This document shows, one piece after another, positions 56,101 to 64,000 of a stretch of DNA of 64,000 nt (its first letter is position 1; each line of letters opens with the position of its first letter). The stretch is from a virus. Its lineage: Duplodnaviria; Caudoviricetes. The stretch is from the IMG/VR virus record IMGVR_UViG_3300029305_003084; one strand, given 5' to 3'. The position numbers and the translations under genes are program-made. Under the pieces are notes generated by a model, which was not told where the DNA came from, searched no databases, and was given only the letters and a program-made list of their open reading frames with translations.

Positions 56101-59070
56101 GAAAATAAAACATTATGGGCGAAAATGAAAGAAAAACTTACTGGTAAACCAGAAAGTGATTTAAGTAAAGATGATAAACAAGCACAGATTGAAAGTATTG
56201 AACTTGCTTTCAGTAATGGTGCTATTGATAAAAAGACATATGATGAAATGATTAGTGATATAAATGGTGACCGAGGTTTATTCGGTAGAATTTCTGATAA
56301 GGTCGGAACATTTGTTGCTGGTATAAATACAGCTGGTGCTAAATGGTTAAATGAACCTTTATTAGATGAAGATGGTCAACCTGTTATTGACCCATACACT
56401 AATCAACCTGTGCCTAAGAATATGATTAGACGTTTAATCCAAAATACTTTCGACGGTAATTTGGGTAAACGTGTCGGTGATTTTGCAAAACAAATTAACG
56501 ATGCTGGTTCTAAGTGGTGGAACGATCCTTTATTAGATAAAGATGGTAATCCTGTTTTAGATCCATATAGTAAACAACCTGTTTATAAGAATGCATTACA
56601 TCGAATGGTAACTAATACATTTGATGGCAATTTAAGTAAACGAGCAGGTGATTTCTTAAAACAAATCAATGATGCTGGATCTAAGTGGTGGAATGCTCCT
56701 CTATTAGATGAGGAAGGTAATCCTGTTTTAGATCCTTATAGTAATCAGCCCGTTTATAAAAATGCATTACATCGTCTAGTAACAAATACATTTGATGGTA
56801 ATTTAAGTAAACGTGTCGGCGACTTCTTAGAGCAGATTAATAATGCTGGTTCTAAGTGGTTTAACAAAGAATTGAATTTTATTGACCCTATTACTAAAAA
56901 GAAAGTAAAAGTTAAAGAAATTGGCACATATATTATTAACTCTTTTATGAGTATTCCTAGTAAGATTGGCGAATTCTTTAGTAATTTCTTTGATAATTCA
57001 GACTCTAGTACTAAAGGTAGGAATTTCTGGGATAATGGTACAGCCATAAGTTCTGGTAATACTGAATGGAATAACTATTGGATGGATCAAGCTATTGGTG
57101 GTGCAGATGTTCCTACTGGAGCTACAAAGGCAGCAGTCCAAGCATCTAATAAGCAAAATAACAATAGTGCATCATATAAAAAGAAATTAGAAGAATTAAT
57201 CGGATTATATCGTATATCCAGTAATTATGGTATGCGGTATATTGGTGGTAAAAATAAAATGCATAATGGTATTGACTTAGTCAATGCTAATAATGCACCT
57301 GTTCCAAGTTTTACTGATGGTACTGTAGTTAATGTTGTAAAAGGTTATGCTCCCGACAGTGGATACTATGGTAATAGTGATGGTGGTCAATTTGGTAATC
57401 ATGTAAAAATTAAAGATAATCGAGGAAATACGAGTATCTATGCTCATTTAAATGGTACTAATGTATCTAAAGGTCAAAAAATATCAATGGGACAACAAGT
57501 TGGTATTCAAGGACATACTGGTAGTAGTACTGGATCTCATTTACACTATGAGGTTCGTAAAGGTGATACTCGTCAATCAATGAACCCATTCAATTATTTA
57601 AGAAATAATTTTAGCACATCAGATATTGGTAACACATATATGGGTAGTGCTTCCAGTGGAGATACAATGTCCATTGATGGTGGTATGACATCAACTCCCG
57701 CTGTTGATAAATTAGGACTGGCTACTATGATTTCCGCACTATCTACTGAAATTAGTTCTTCATTAGAACCTTTAAGTGCTATTAGTACTGATATGAATAC
57801 TGTACTCGGTGATTATTTTGGTACTAATGCTCCTACTACTACAATGGGTAGTAGTGACTCAATTGCAGGTATTAATACTAGTGGTGGTTCTTTGAGTTCT
57901 GGTAATTCTGGTAGTGCTGATGCTAATGCTAAACGAGTATATCAATTCTTACGTGGATATGGTATACCTGATGTAAATATTGCTGGTGTTCTTGGTAACT
58001 GGCGTAAAGAAAGTGGTATTGACCCGACTGCAGTTGAATCAATTTATAATGAACCTTATACTATGGGTAGTAGAAAAACTGCTGCAATGGCAAATCCTGG
58101 TGCATTTACTCAGGGATTATTTGCTCAATATGCAAAACAGAATTTTCCTATTAATCGAAATGCATATAAGGGTGACGATGGTATTTACTATCCTGGTATT
58201 GGTTTAGGTGGATTTACTGGTCCTGCTGCAACTAAATTAATTAAATTTGCTAAAGCTCATGGTAAAAACTGGTATGATTTAGACCCTCAGTTAAAGTTTG
58301 CTACTGTTCCTACATCTGAGGGCGGTTATAGAAACTTTATGTCTAAATGGAAAACTTCTGAATCAAGTCCTGCACAATCTGCAAGACGTTTCTTAAAAGA
58401 TTGGGAAGGTATTAGTCCTAATATTGCTGGGATTAAATTAGGTGAACGTCAACAATATGCACAATATTATTATAATAAAATGAAAGAATGGGCACAAGGA
58501 ACTGGTGTTGGTGGTTCTGAAAATGATGGTGTTGTACCAGCATTTGGAGAATTACCTGGTATTAATATTGATAATAATAGAATATCTAGTGTTATTGATG
58601 GTTCTGGTGATGGTAATTCACCAATTAAAATGCAATTAGATGAAAACTTTAAGAAGATATTTAAACGCATTAATGGTATTAATGATATATTAAAAAATAA
58701 TCAAAATGTTAAGTTTAATAATAATTTTGAAACTGTAACATATACACCTCAGACAAAATCTACTAATGATTTTGGTGTTGGTGGTGCAGAAGATAGTGAA
58801 GTAAATCTTCCTGATAAGATTTATGAAATTTTAAATAATATGGTAACATATTTAAGTAATATTGCATCTAATACTGCAGAAACTAAATCAAATACTGGTT
58901 ATATTAAAACAATTTCTGATAGATCTTCTAAATCATCATCTAAGAAATCTAATAGTATAAATGAATCTTCAACTAATAATACGATGCTAGATATTGCGAA
59001 TAAACAGAAACAAGCTAAATCAAGTGATGGATATAAGAATGCTAGATTAATTGCATCTGGTATTCATTAA
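50134..59070 (+). CDS. Giant tape-measure-like tail protein with M23 peptidase and tail lysozyme domains (2978 aa)
   Basis: Gly-rich hydrophobic repeats; HNGIDL..YAHL..HLHYEVR (M23); IAGVLGNWRKESG (phage tail lysozyme); late-type motif at 50079-50090. Confidence 0.85.
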   Translation: MAEFNKNDITRTSNWFKNVAKSLGYASYDVVKDKMPFVMATFEDNKSIITDTKQLLRSNRGSTTRLANILGTTAAKNIDSFKIGGKNALEDFKSGKIYNKARETEAILGTGGFDDFDDIFSDGYTDDDISVEIEETESDKPNIIINSNINENNPMVTAIKGQSDLILETAKVTSKQNAIIADVQLKSMSNFVQQLHGGLTTINENVSRVVDFNSNHMTSYVGASLKFYDTQISLMGDVITELKKMTAVTGKKEVDKYQSPIDDVMGDYGGFSLSNYFKLVKKQLNNALDGTMFGGTLKTMFGTEDAFLELVNNPLAIIPKTVISKMIPEMTSKIMESFNKSFENFIPLFFDRIYQWGENKNDPSGIASFIGRTLGVNTSVYTSIDPGKYEKGAIPFDGVTKKAITNVIPTYLRKILAHLTGHDELVYNSDNGKWTTLATVKKDFNKEMNRIATREYSDIYDLESRVSKLNLDYDEQARFNESIRNFFAGLSKSNVGFNPNAKSGDANDLIEMYFKDNSDVTDHQMAEMFRKMIKSLPKSAQMRIAREQLSGRVSVRNWVNEKEANPDTLSDIVSSGIMDDSLYKAKSQIEANNAVRGNAGRNRTDARSLSDYGEYTQDQINELLNGTSPTQSDSNRTGFRKFIEEKFGKLTNAVNNVLIKGDNALYRIIFGKETTDDIDTDGSFVGTLMSGIHKSFNKFFNWFEKGFNKISDRLVGDNGLITKLEQTEFMKKLKSGATKTKDYLFGSKDENGNYHGGLLSDVGNELSNMKNSVKNYIMGPDNENSVLNNIKNMFGSFRTSVNDFLFGENGVDGAKDKAKGVLSDFSDSLRDGFQSFANAFFGTTDKLKDGKLQNKVNIDELTSKLKDFAPKGIAGGIVGGGLGLIASAGGFGLLGSLFLGPMSGVVLGVGASLLSRSERFKNMLFGEHDENGERTGGFISKSVQNFFRDNKNYLIGGAALGTASGILGGLGVLPALVAGGPITGAIFGLGAAMLRKSESFQSFMFGDLDDDGKRRGGLITKLTNAVNSDQAMKKLGHAGAGAIIGGIGGATLGSFGLLGSLSLGPLGGAIVGAGAGIALAADKWKEKIFGKFDEDGNRTEAGLLSKLAVMTSVNVLQPLKYKTMEWRFGVENWFEQKIALPIIEAVDPIKEEFHRIGNKLVDFVGGVAETFHIPDIANGLKNNLFVPVANSVKKVANTAVDGIGKVTGWVLQKPAELVSMVVDRIIVPKHMRDGLRDARKMILKNIADSKPGQMVTKTVTTVGNFTKGVISGVGDFAKTIIKGTFSFLGKGLLAVVKAPFQAISLPIKTIGKLGDMLSNRNVNYGSQETLHDIRSGNRGFLGSIGDLAQTFNPFSNIRASAKYQGVDMDALRERAIKEKFTDKDGNIIPHSEKDLDKEVRRLARKYPGGASYQEDRNRKSSEYRNKISDRAKKRREILEDYKNRIQKNQEFASGLGYNLLSDEDKASVSLKDLNKIEDSVYRKVYGKDYKNKSKFEQDRFKSQQASENATIKMAGAVEDIRNALLGQGAKVNVVNDSSDNISDNPITDSMSSSSDSLIDLDNNTNKSGALARLTSRSESDQYYKNYLTDGVTWAEQKQEREAEEQEKGRQNIFQKILGSLEHGNETRDKSAFDWGKIFSKTGLITAGLLAALPFILNFFKDPSGALSGLVNGLGGFILESFGLKDNDGNRTDSSGNTQVNNNMVESGVRGGGQIASVGSRATATGINAAMKAAEKIRNHTSNLYNNVTKNRQTASNIVDDTLALGAGTTDEQAKGITKFMQLLKTLPSKFASFVESKFSKVKSSSAITKIVNLIDNAAAKITAKTLQGNYSRIARALSYAVPGLNIVAGALDIGFVTYGIISGGTKSETANLFHVAQKDVTAGMRTVSAGLKGMLNYSWAFAFAIVCDLAYEMTGYDLLHNIAVIIYKYLLPNTDDSKLDSKISGFRTEYDQYTLKEQIKKGNVTYDENGNAQYTEGAQIESFDSFNDRENKTLWAKMKEKLTGKPESDLSKDDKQAQIESIELAFSNGAIDKKTYDEMISDINGDRGLFGRISDKVGTFVAGINTAGAKWLNEPLLDEDGQPVIDPYTNQPVPKNMIRRLIQNTFDGNLGKRVGDFAKQINDAGSKWWNDPLLDKDGNPVLDPYSKQPVYKNALHRMVTNTFDGNLSKRAGDFLKQINDAGSKWWNAPLLDEEGNPVLDPYSNQPVYKNALHRLVTNTFDGNLSKRVGDFLEQINNAGSKWFNKELNFIDPITKKKVKVKEIGTYIINSFMSIPSKIGEFFSNFFDNSDSSTKGRNFWDNGTAISSGNTEWNNYWMDQAIGGADVPTGATKAAVQASNKQNNNSASYKKKLEELIGLYRISSNYGMRYIGGKNKMHNGIDLVNANNAPVPSFTDGTVVNVVKGYAPDSGYYGNSDGGQFGNHVKIKDNRGNTSIYAHLNGTNVSKGQKISMGQQVGIQGHTGSSTGSHLHYEVRKGDTRQSMNPFNYLRNNFSTSDIGNTYMGSASSGDTMSIDGGMTSTPAVDKLGLATMISALSTEISSSLEPLSAISTDMNTVLGDYFGTNAPTTTMGSSDSIAGINTSGGSLSSGNSGSADANAKRVYQFLRGYGIPDVNIAGVLGNWRKESGIDPTAVESIYNEPYTMGSRKTAAMANPGAFTQGLFAQYAKQNFPINRNAYKGDDGIYYPGIGLGGFTGPAATKLIKFAKAHGKNWYDLDPQLKFATVPTSEGGYRNFMSKWKTSESSPAQSARRFLKDWEGISPNIAGIKLGERQQYAQYYYNKMKEWAQGTGVGGSENDGVVPAFGELPGINIDNNRISSVIDGSGDGNSPIKMQLDENFKKIFKRINGINDILKNNQNVKFNNNFETVTYTPQTKSTNDFGVGGAEDSEVNLPDKIYEILNNMVTYLSNIASNTAETKSNTGYIKTISDRSSKSSSKKSNSINESSTNNTMLDIANKQKQAKSSDGYKNARLIASGIH
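56329..56862 (+). repeat. 171-nt (57-aa) tandem repeat, about 3 copies, in the tape-measure gene
   Basis: AG.KW.N.PLLD..G.PV.DPY..QPV.KN...R...NTFDGNL.KR.GDF..QIN. Confidence 0.85.
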
Positions 59071-59181
59071 AAAATATAAAAGAGATATACGTCAATACGT
59101 ATATCTCTTTTATTTTAATAAGTATTATCCGTAAAACAAAATAGTAATATGTAAAACAAATAGAAAGGATGTGACTTATAA

Positions 59182-61035
59182 ATGGGAATTGTCGAATGTA
59201 CATTTAATAGTGTCAATGGACAAAATACTGCAGTAAATGTACGAACGGGTCCATCTGTATCATATAGTATTATAGGAACTCTAATAAAAAAGAATCATAA
59301 ATCATTTTATGTAGATACGTCTGTTAGTGGTGGAAATAGTTGGTATAAGTTACATGAGCCAGAAAAATATGGTATAAAATCAAATGGTAAAACTGTATAT
59401 GTCAGATTATTAAAATCGTATCTACTTAGTCCAGACCCTAGTACATTAACAGCTAGTTCCGGGACATCATCTACTAGTACAACCACTAATACAAATAAAC
59501 CTGCTACAAATGAAGAAATAAAAGAAGCTGCAACCCAAAAAACTAGTCCAGGTTTAGACTCAATCTATAGTTCTATGTTAAAAAACAACTATGGTATACG
59601 AGATCTAGAGAAGATGTCTAGAATCATTGGTATGCCATACCATTTTACTAATGAAACTGACTATAGACCATTTTCTAATGATGGATTACATCTAGGTAGA
59701 AAATTCTTAGAAAATATTATTCATGAAGCTCCAATTGTATCATTAGTTCCTGGTATTCCGTCATATTTGCCAGAGTTATCTGAAGATGATAAAACCGTAT
59801 TTGGTCAATATGTTGAATCAGCATCAAAAGGTGCATTGTTATCCGATGATGTTAAAAGTAAAATAATGTCACAAGATGCTAGATATTTTGGATTTAAAGC
59901 AAATTATGCAAAATATATCAGATATGTAAATAACCTATGTCATCAATGTTCAATATATATGGGTATTGGAGATCTCAATGTTCCTGGTACTACTACAAAA
60001 TATAAACATTACGACTGGGGTAAATGGACAAATGTTAAATATGAATCTAAATCATCTGAAAACTCAGTTTGGGATAAATTAGATAGTAAAGGTGATACTG
60101 GTGATAGAGATGATGTTGGATTCGTGAGTAATCTATTAGAAAGTATCAATGATATGGCTGCAGAATTATATGATGATTATAAATATGTCAGATGCTATGT
60201 AGAAGCTAATGCTTCATTTAGTGAAGATAATAGTAACAATACATCATCTAGTAAGATTGCTGGATTATTTGATACATTAGAAGGATTAGCAAAAGAAGGT
60301 TTATTTTTGGCTGAAGATAGTACATTTTGGGAATCTGTTAAATCTGGACTCATTGAAACTAGTTCAGGTGCTACCGGTGTAGCTGTAGGTGAAGATGGTC
60401 CAAACAGTAATATTAGTAAGCTTGTATCATCTGCAACTCATATTTTAGCAGGTTCTAATGTTATCTTCCCAGATATGTGGGGAGATTCTTCATATAGTAA
60501 ATCATATTCATTCTCACTTAACTTAATTTCTCCATATGGTGATAATGAAAGTATATTTTTAAATATTATTGTACCTATGATGTTTATGATAGCATTATCT
60601 GCTCCTAGACAAACTGGACCGAATACGTATGGTTCACCATTCCTAGTAAAAGCATTTGCTAAGGGATGGTTTTCGTGTGAAATGGGTATTATTGATAATA
60701 TCAGAATTGAAAAGGGTGGAGATGGTACTGCATGGAATATCTATGGTTTCCCAACTGAAGTAAAAATTTCTATGTCAATTAGAGATTTATATACAAATCT
60801 TATGATTACATCAACCACTCAACCTAGTTTATATTTCCAAAACCAAGGATTGATTGAATTCTTAGCAGTTACATGTGGTGTTGATATTTCTACAACACAT
60901 CTTATGACTAAGATTCAAGCATTTGTCAATGCGTATGTAACGTCAGTTACTTCTATTCCATCAAATATGGTGGATAACTTTATTCAGGCATTACGAAATA
61001 AAACTGAAGGTCTATGGAAGATCGGAGGTTTTTAA
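59182..61035 (+). CDS. Virion tail/baseplate protein with an N-terminal SH3b-like domain
   Basis: VNVRTGPSVSYSIIGTL..WYK; C-terminal part with YGSPFLVKA..GII..IEKG; late-type motif at 59135-59146. Confidence 0.6.
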   Translation: MGIVECTFNSVNGQNTAVNVRTGPSVSYSIIGTLIKKNHKSFYVDTSVSGGNSWYKLHEPEKYGIKSNGKTVYVRLLKSYLLSPDPSTLTASSGTSSTSTTTNTNKPATNEEIKEAATQKTSPGLDSIYSSMLKNNYGIRDLEKMSRIIGMPYHFTNETDYRPFSNDGLHLGRKFLENIIHEAPIVSLVPGIPSYLPELSEDDKTVFGQYVESASKGALLSDDVKSKIMSQDARYFGFKANYAKYIRYVNNLCHQCSIYMGIGDLNVPGTTTKYKHYDWGKWTNVKYESKSSENSVWDKLDSKGDTGDRDDVGFVSNLLESINDMAAELYDDYKYVRCYVEANASFSEDNSNNTSSSKIAGLFDTLEGLAKEGLFLAEDSTFWESVKSGLIETSSGATGVAVGEDGPNSNISKLVSSATHILAGSNVIFPDMWGDSSYSKSYSFSLNLISPYGDNESIFLNIIVPMMFMIALSAPRQTGPNTYGSPFLVKAFAKGWFSCEMGIIDNIRIEKGGDGTAWNIYGFPTEVKISMSIRDLYTNLMITSTTQPSLYFQNQGLIEFLAVTCGVDISTTHLMTKIQAFVNAYVTSVTSIPSNMVDNFIQALRNKTEGLWKIGGF

Positions 61036-61041
61036 TGTATA

Positions 61042-61653
61042 ATGAACAATAAATATGTAAAGGAATACAATGATAAATATGGTGATATTCCTAATGAATT
61101 TATGGATAGATTTATATATCTTATTAACTTATTGAAAATAAAAATGTCTGATGTTGATAAAATAAAAAAACTAATTCAAAAAAATTTAAAAATAAAATAT
61201 AATGAAGTATCATTTGTATTTTATTTTACACCACAAGCAACTCCTAGGCCAAGATATTCTAAATTTACAAAATCATTTTATGTTAAAAATAAAATGAACT
61301 ATAATGAAGTATTTGGTAGATATGTAAAAAGTATAAATACTGGACAGTTTCCAATTAAAACTCCATGTGAATTTTATTGTAAAGCATATTTACCAATTCC
61401 ATCATCTATGAATAGATTCGAGATTATATTAGCTGAACTAGGATTAATACATCATATGAGTAAACCGGATTTTGATAACTTAGCAAAAACATACTCAGAT
61501 ATGATACAAAAACATTTAATTCAAGATGATGCTATTATATATAAAGGTGTTATAGAAAAACACTATTCTATTAAACCAAGAATAGAAATATCTATACGAT
61601 ATATGGAAGAATTTGATTCCAAATTTAATAAACGTAAAATGAAAAATAAATAA
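61042..61653 (+). CDS. RusA-like Holliday junction resolvase
   Basis: PQATPRPR, KPDFDNLAKTYSD, DDA, KHYSIKPRIEI. Confidence 0.8.
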   Translation: MNNKYVKEYNDKYGDIPNEFMDRFIYLINLLKIKMSDVDKIKKLIQKNLKIKYNEVSFVFYFTPQATPRPRYSKFTKSFYVKNKMNYNEVFGRYVKSINTGQFPIKTPCEFYCKAYLPIPSSMNRFEIILAELGLIHHMSKPDFDNLAKTYSDMIQKHLIQDDAIIYKGVIEKHYSIKPRIEISIRYMEEFDSKFNKRKMKNK

Positions 61654-61674
61654 AAATAATGGAGGTATACTCAT

Positions 61675-62010
61675 ATGAATTTTTCTGAAATTATTAATGA
61701 TGAAAATATTTCATTGCAACTAAAGCAATATAATAGATATATGAATGAACATGCAGACGAAATTGGGTATGTTAGAGAAGATATTTATAATGAATTAAAT
61801 AATTTATATAAAGAAGTATTTTATTCTGAACTTGAAGGAATATTCTGTGTTTCTTTAAATAAAGAATTTACAGAATCTGATGAAAACCTAATAAATACAA
61901 TTATATTAACTGCAATCGATAGACATACTCCTGCTATGCCTGATTTTTTAAGAAATCACTTTTTTAATTTATATAATACATCAGATAAACTATTTATCAA
62001 AACAAAATAA
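61675..62010 (+). CDS. Hypothetical protein
   Basis: RBS GGAGGT. Confidence 0.65.
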   Translation: MNFSEIINDENISLQLKQYNRYMNEHADEIGYVREDIYNELNNLYKEVFYSELEGIFCVSLNKEFTESDENLINTIILTAIDRHTPAMPDFLRNHFFNLYNTSDKLFIKTK

Positions 62011-62066
62011 ATTAATAGGAATAATACATATATTATGTATTATTCCTATTAATATTTTTTTATCTA

Positions 62067-63518
62067 TTAGAATCCTTTTAAGAATTCAATATACTCATCA
62101 TAGTCCTTAGCAAACTGAGGATTCTTTTCTTTTTCTTCCTTTAATTTATCGATACCAATTTTACATAAATTTTTCATATCATCCTTGATGTTATCATCAC
62201 AATTATTGACAATCTTAGAAATTTCTGCTTTAGATTTATCAATATTCTTCTTATTCTTTAAATTTTGTAAATCTTTAAAGAAAATAGCACGAGCTTTAAC
62301 AAATTCCTCAGATTCTACATGTTTGCCTACAGATTCTGTGATAGGACCAGCTTTAGTAATATGACGATTAGAGATATTATCTGTCATCTTCTTAATGTCA
62401 TTATATGTATAGTCCTTAAGCTTTAGAGTATACATAGTTTCCATTAGGGTGTACTTAACTAAAGCTTCAGCCATAACGACATCCATATCAACAGTATTAG
62501 CATTCTCTAATACTAAGTTTTTATCAATACCATCTAGTTCATCGATTGAAGTCTCATCTTGGTCGTCAGATACATCTTCATATTCAGTAGAATCACTGTC
62601 TACATCATAGCCTGCAACCATGTCATCATTTCTTTCAGCATTATTAATAACTGTTGATGTAATTGCCATGTTTTCAGCTAAAATATTTTCATATGTATCC
62701 TGGAGAATTGCGTTGAATAATGTTGCTTCATGTAAGATATTATTGTTTAATACAATTTTAGATACTGCTTCGTCAATTGTATCATTGTCAACGACATCTT
62801 CATCATCAACTAATTCATTTTCAATATCTGCGACAAGTTCATCATTTTTAGTCTGGTTCTCTTTCTCATCACGTACAACTGTGAGAACCTTATCCTTTAC
62901 TAATTCGGATAGTTTATCAGCATCAAGATCACCCTTGATATAGTCTAACTTTTCCTCTTCTTCATTATTCAGATTGAAATTAAAGTCATCCACAGTTTCT
63001 TTAGATTCTTTAATGATTCGTTTAACGATATCATTAGATAGTGACTCACAAGACTTTTTCATCTTTTTTAATAATACTGAATCTGTATCATTGATAGCAT
63101 TTTCAAGTAGTTTAAAGCCACCTTCAGAATCAATAAAGTTATCAGTTACCTGCTTAAGCATGGTCTGGTTTTCATGCACAAAATCAGCATCTAATACAAG
63201 TGCATTACTAAATACTTCAAAAACAATATCTTTGAAAATATTGAGTTTATAATCAGAACCAATAGTACTAATCTTATTAGTAATTTGTGATTCTGTAATA
63301 GACTGCTTAGATAAAGATTCTAGACGAGCATTAATTTTATCAGCATGTTCCTTTGCCGCAATCTGATAATTTACCATATCTAACTTATCTTGACGAGCAA
63401 TTCTACGAAGAGCCTGATTACTGATCGCAGATTCACTGATCATATCGATCTTTTTTAATTCTTTTTTATTGAAAGAAGTAGATTCTACTCTACGTTCAAC
63501 GTTTTTGAATACGTTCAT
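62067..63518 (-). CDS. Acidic helical protein, possibly a head/scaffold component
   Basis: Late-type motif 63549-63560; start ATG 63518 by RBS; function inferred only. Confidence 0.45.
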   Translation of the reverse strand: MNVFKNVERRVESTSFNKKELKKIDMISESAISNQALRRIARQDKLDMVNYQIAAKEHADKINARLESLSKQSITESQITNKISTIGSDYKLNIFKDIVFEVFSNALVLDADFVHENQTMLKQVTDNFIDSEGGFKLLENAINDTDSVLLKKMKKSCESLSNDIVKRIIKESKETVDDFNFNLNNEEEEKLDYIKGDLDADKLSELVKDKVLTVVRDEKENQTKNDELVADIENELVDDEDVVDNDTIDEAVSKIVLNNNILHEATLFNAILQDTYENILAENMAITSTVINNAERNDDMVAGYDVDSDSTEYEDVSDDQDETSIDELDGIDKNLVLENANTVDMDVVMAEALVKYTLMETMYTLKLKDYTYNDIKKMTDNISNRHITKAGPITESVGKHVESEEFVKARAIFFKDLQNLKNKKNIDKSKAEISKIVNNCDDNIKDDMKNLCKIGIDKLKEEKEKNPQFAKDYDEYIEFLKGF

Positions 63519-63565
63519 GGTATATATCACACCTTTCATATATACTTTTACAATAATGTTTTTTA

Positions 63566-64000
63566 TTAGATAATATCGATAATGATATCATCCTTACTAA
63601 GAGTTAAATATTCAGGTACATAATTAATGCGTTCTTCTTTCGTTAATGTATCTAAATCCACTGTAGTATTTTCAATAGCTTGGACTTCTGTAGGATACTC
63701 ATTAATTCCACAGAATTTCAGATATTCAATACTACTAAAATTATTCTCTAATGCTTTAATTAAATTAGAAATATAGATGGAGTTAGTTCCCGCATTATTA
63801 ATACCTTCAATATATTCCTTAATAAATAATTTAATATTTTCAATGAATTCAATTTCATCAGTACCAAATACTGGGTGAATCTTGAAATGAATTGAAATAT
63901 TAACTTTATCCAATCTATTTACAGTTACGTAATCATCAACATAAAAGTTTTTAGATCTACCATAAGTATTATAAAATTTAAGATCTATTGAGAAATTATT
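63566..64000 (-). CDS. 3' end of a gene running off the window (probably structural)
   Basis: The reading frame continues upstream of 63913 towards the window edge (KFYNTYGRSKNF...YVPEYL). Confidence 0.55.
   Translation of the reverse strand, partial: NNFSIDLKFYNTYGRSKNFYVDDYVTVNRLDKVNISIHFKIHPVFGTDEIEFIENIKLFIKEYIEGINNAGTNSIYISNLIKALENNFSSIEYLKFCGINEYPTEVQAIENTTVDLDTLTKEERINYVPEYLTLSKDDIIIDII

Overview
A 64-kb segment of a very AT-rich jumbo bacteriophage of the phiKZ/AR9(PBS1)-like type, probably infecting a spore-forming Firmicute (inferred from strong AGGAGG-type RBSs, sporulation-like sigma factors, an LL-H-like holin, and M23/SH3 domains). It encodes three subunits of a phage multisubunit RNA polymerase (beta, beta'-N with NADFDGD, beta'-C), interrupted by four group I introns whose splice sites can be placed exactly; three introns carry HNH homing endonucleases. 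It also carries virion genes (tail fibre, a 2978-aa tape-measure/M23/lysozyme protein, baseplate-like proteins), dcd, a tandem thyX, tmk, ppk1, a protein kinase, RusA and four sigma factors. Three of the sigma genes sit in cassettes headed by a ~140-bp promoter/stem-loop/RBS repeat present in six copies. The most notable element is an RNA-guided TIGR-Tas-type system. A Nop-domain protein with no recognisable nuclease (37159-38592) and an unusual duplicated C-terminal module is flanked by two small ORFs that resemble its own N- and C-termini. It is followed by a 17-unit, 36-nt dual-repeat array (38824-39445). A second, orphan and more degenerate array with the same repeats (13 units, 20522-21007, minus strand) lies between the two beta' genes. 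A 1.25-kb non-coding region with a G7-TAA-G7 tract, next to a gene with RNase H1 hybrid-binding-like repeats, is a candidate R-loop-primed origin. All assignments come from motif reading by eye; no database searches were run.
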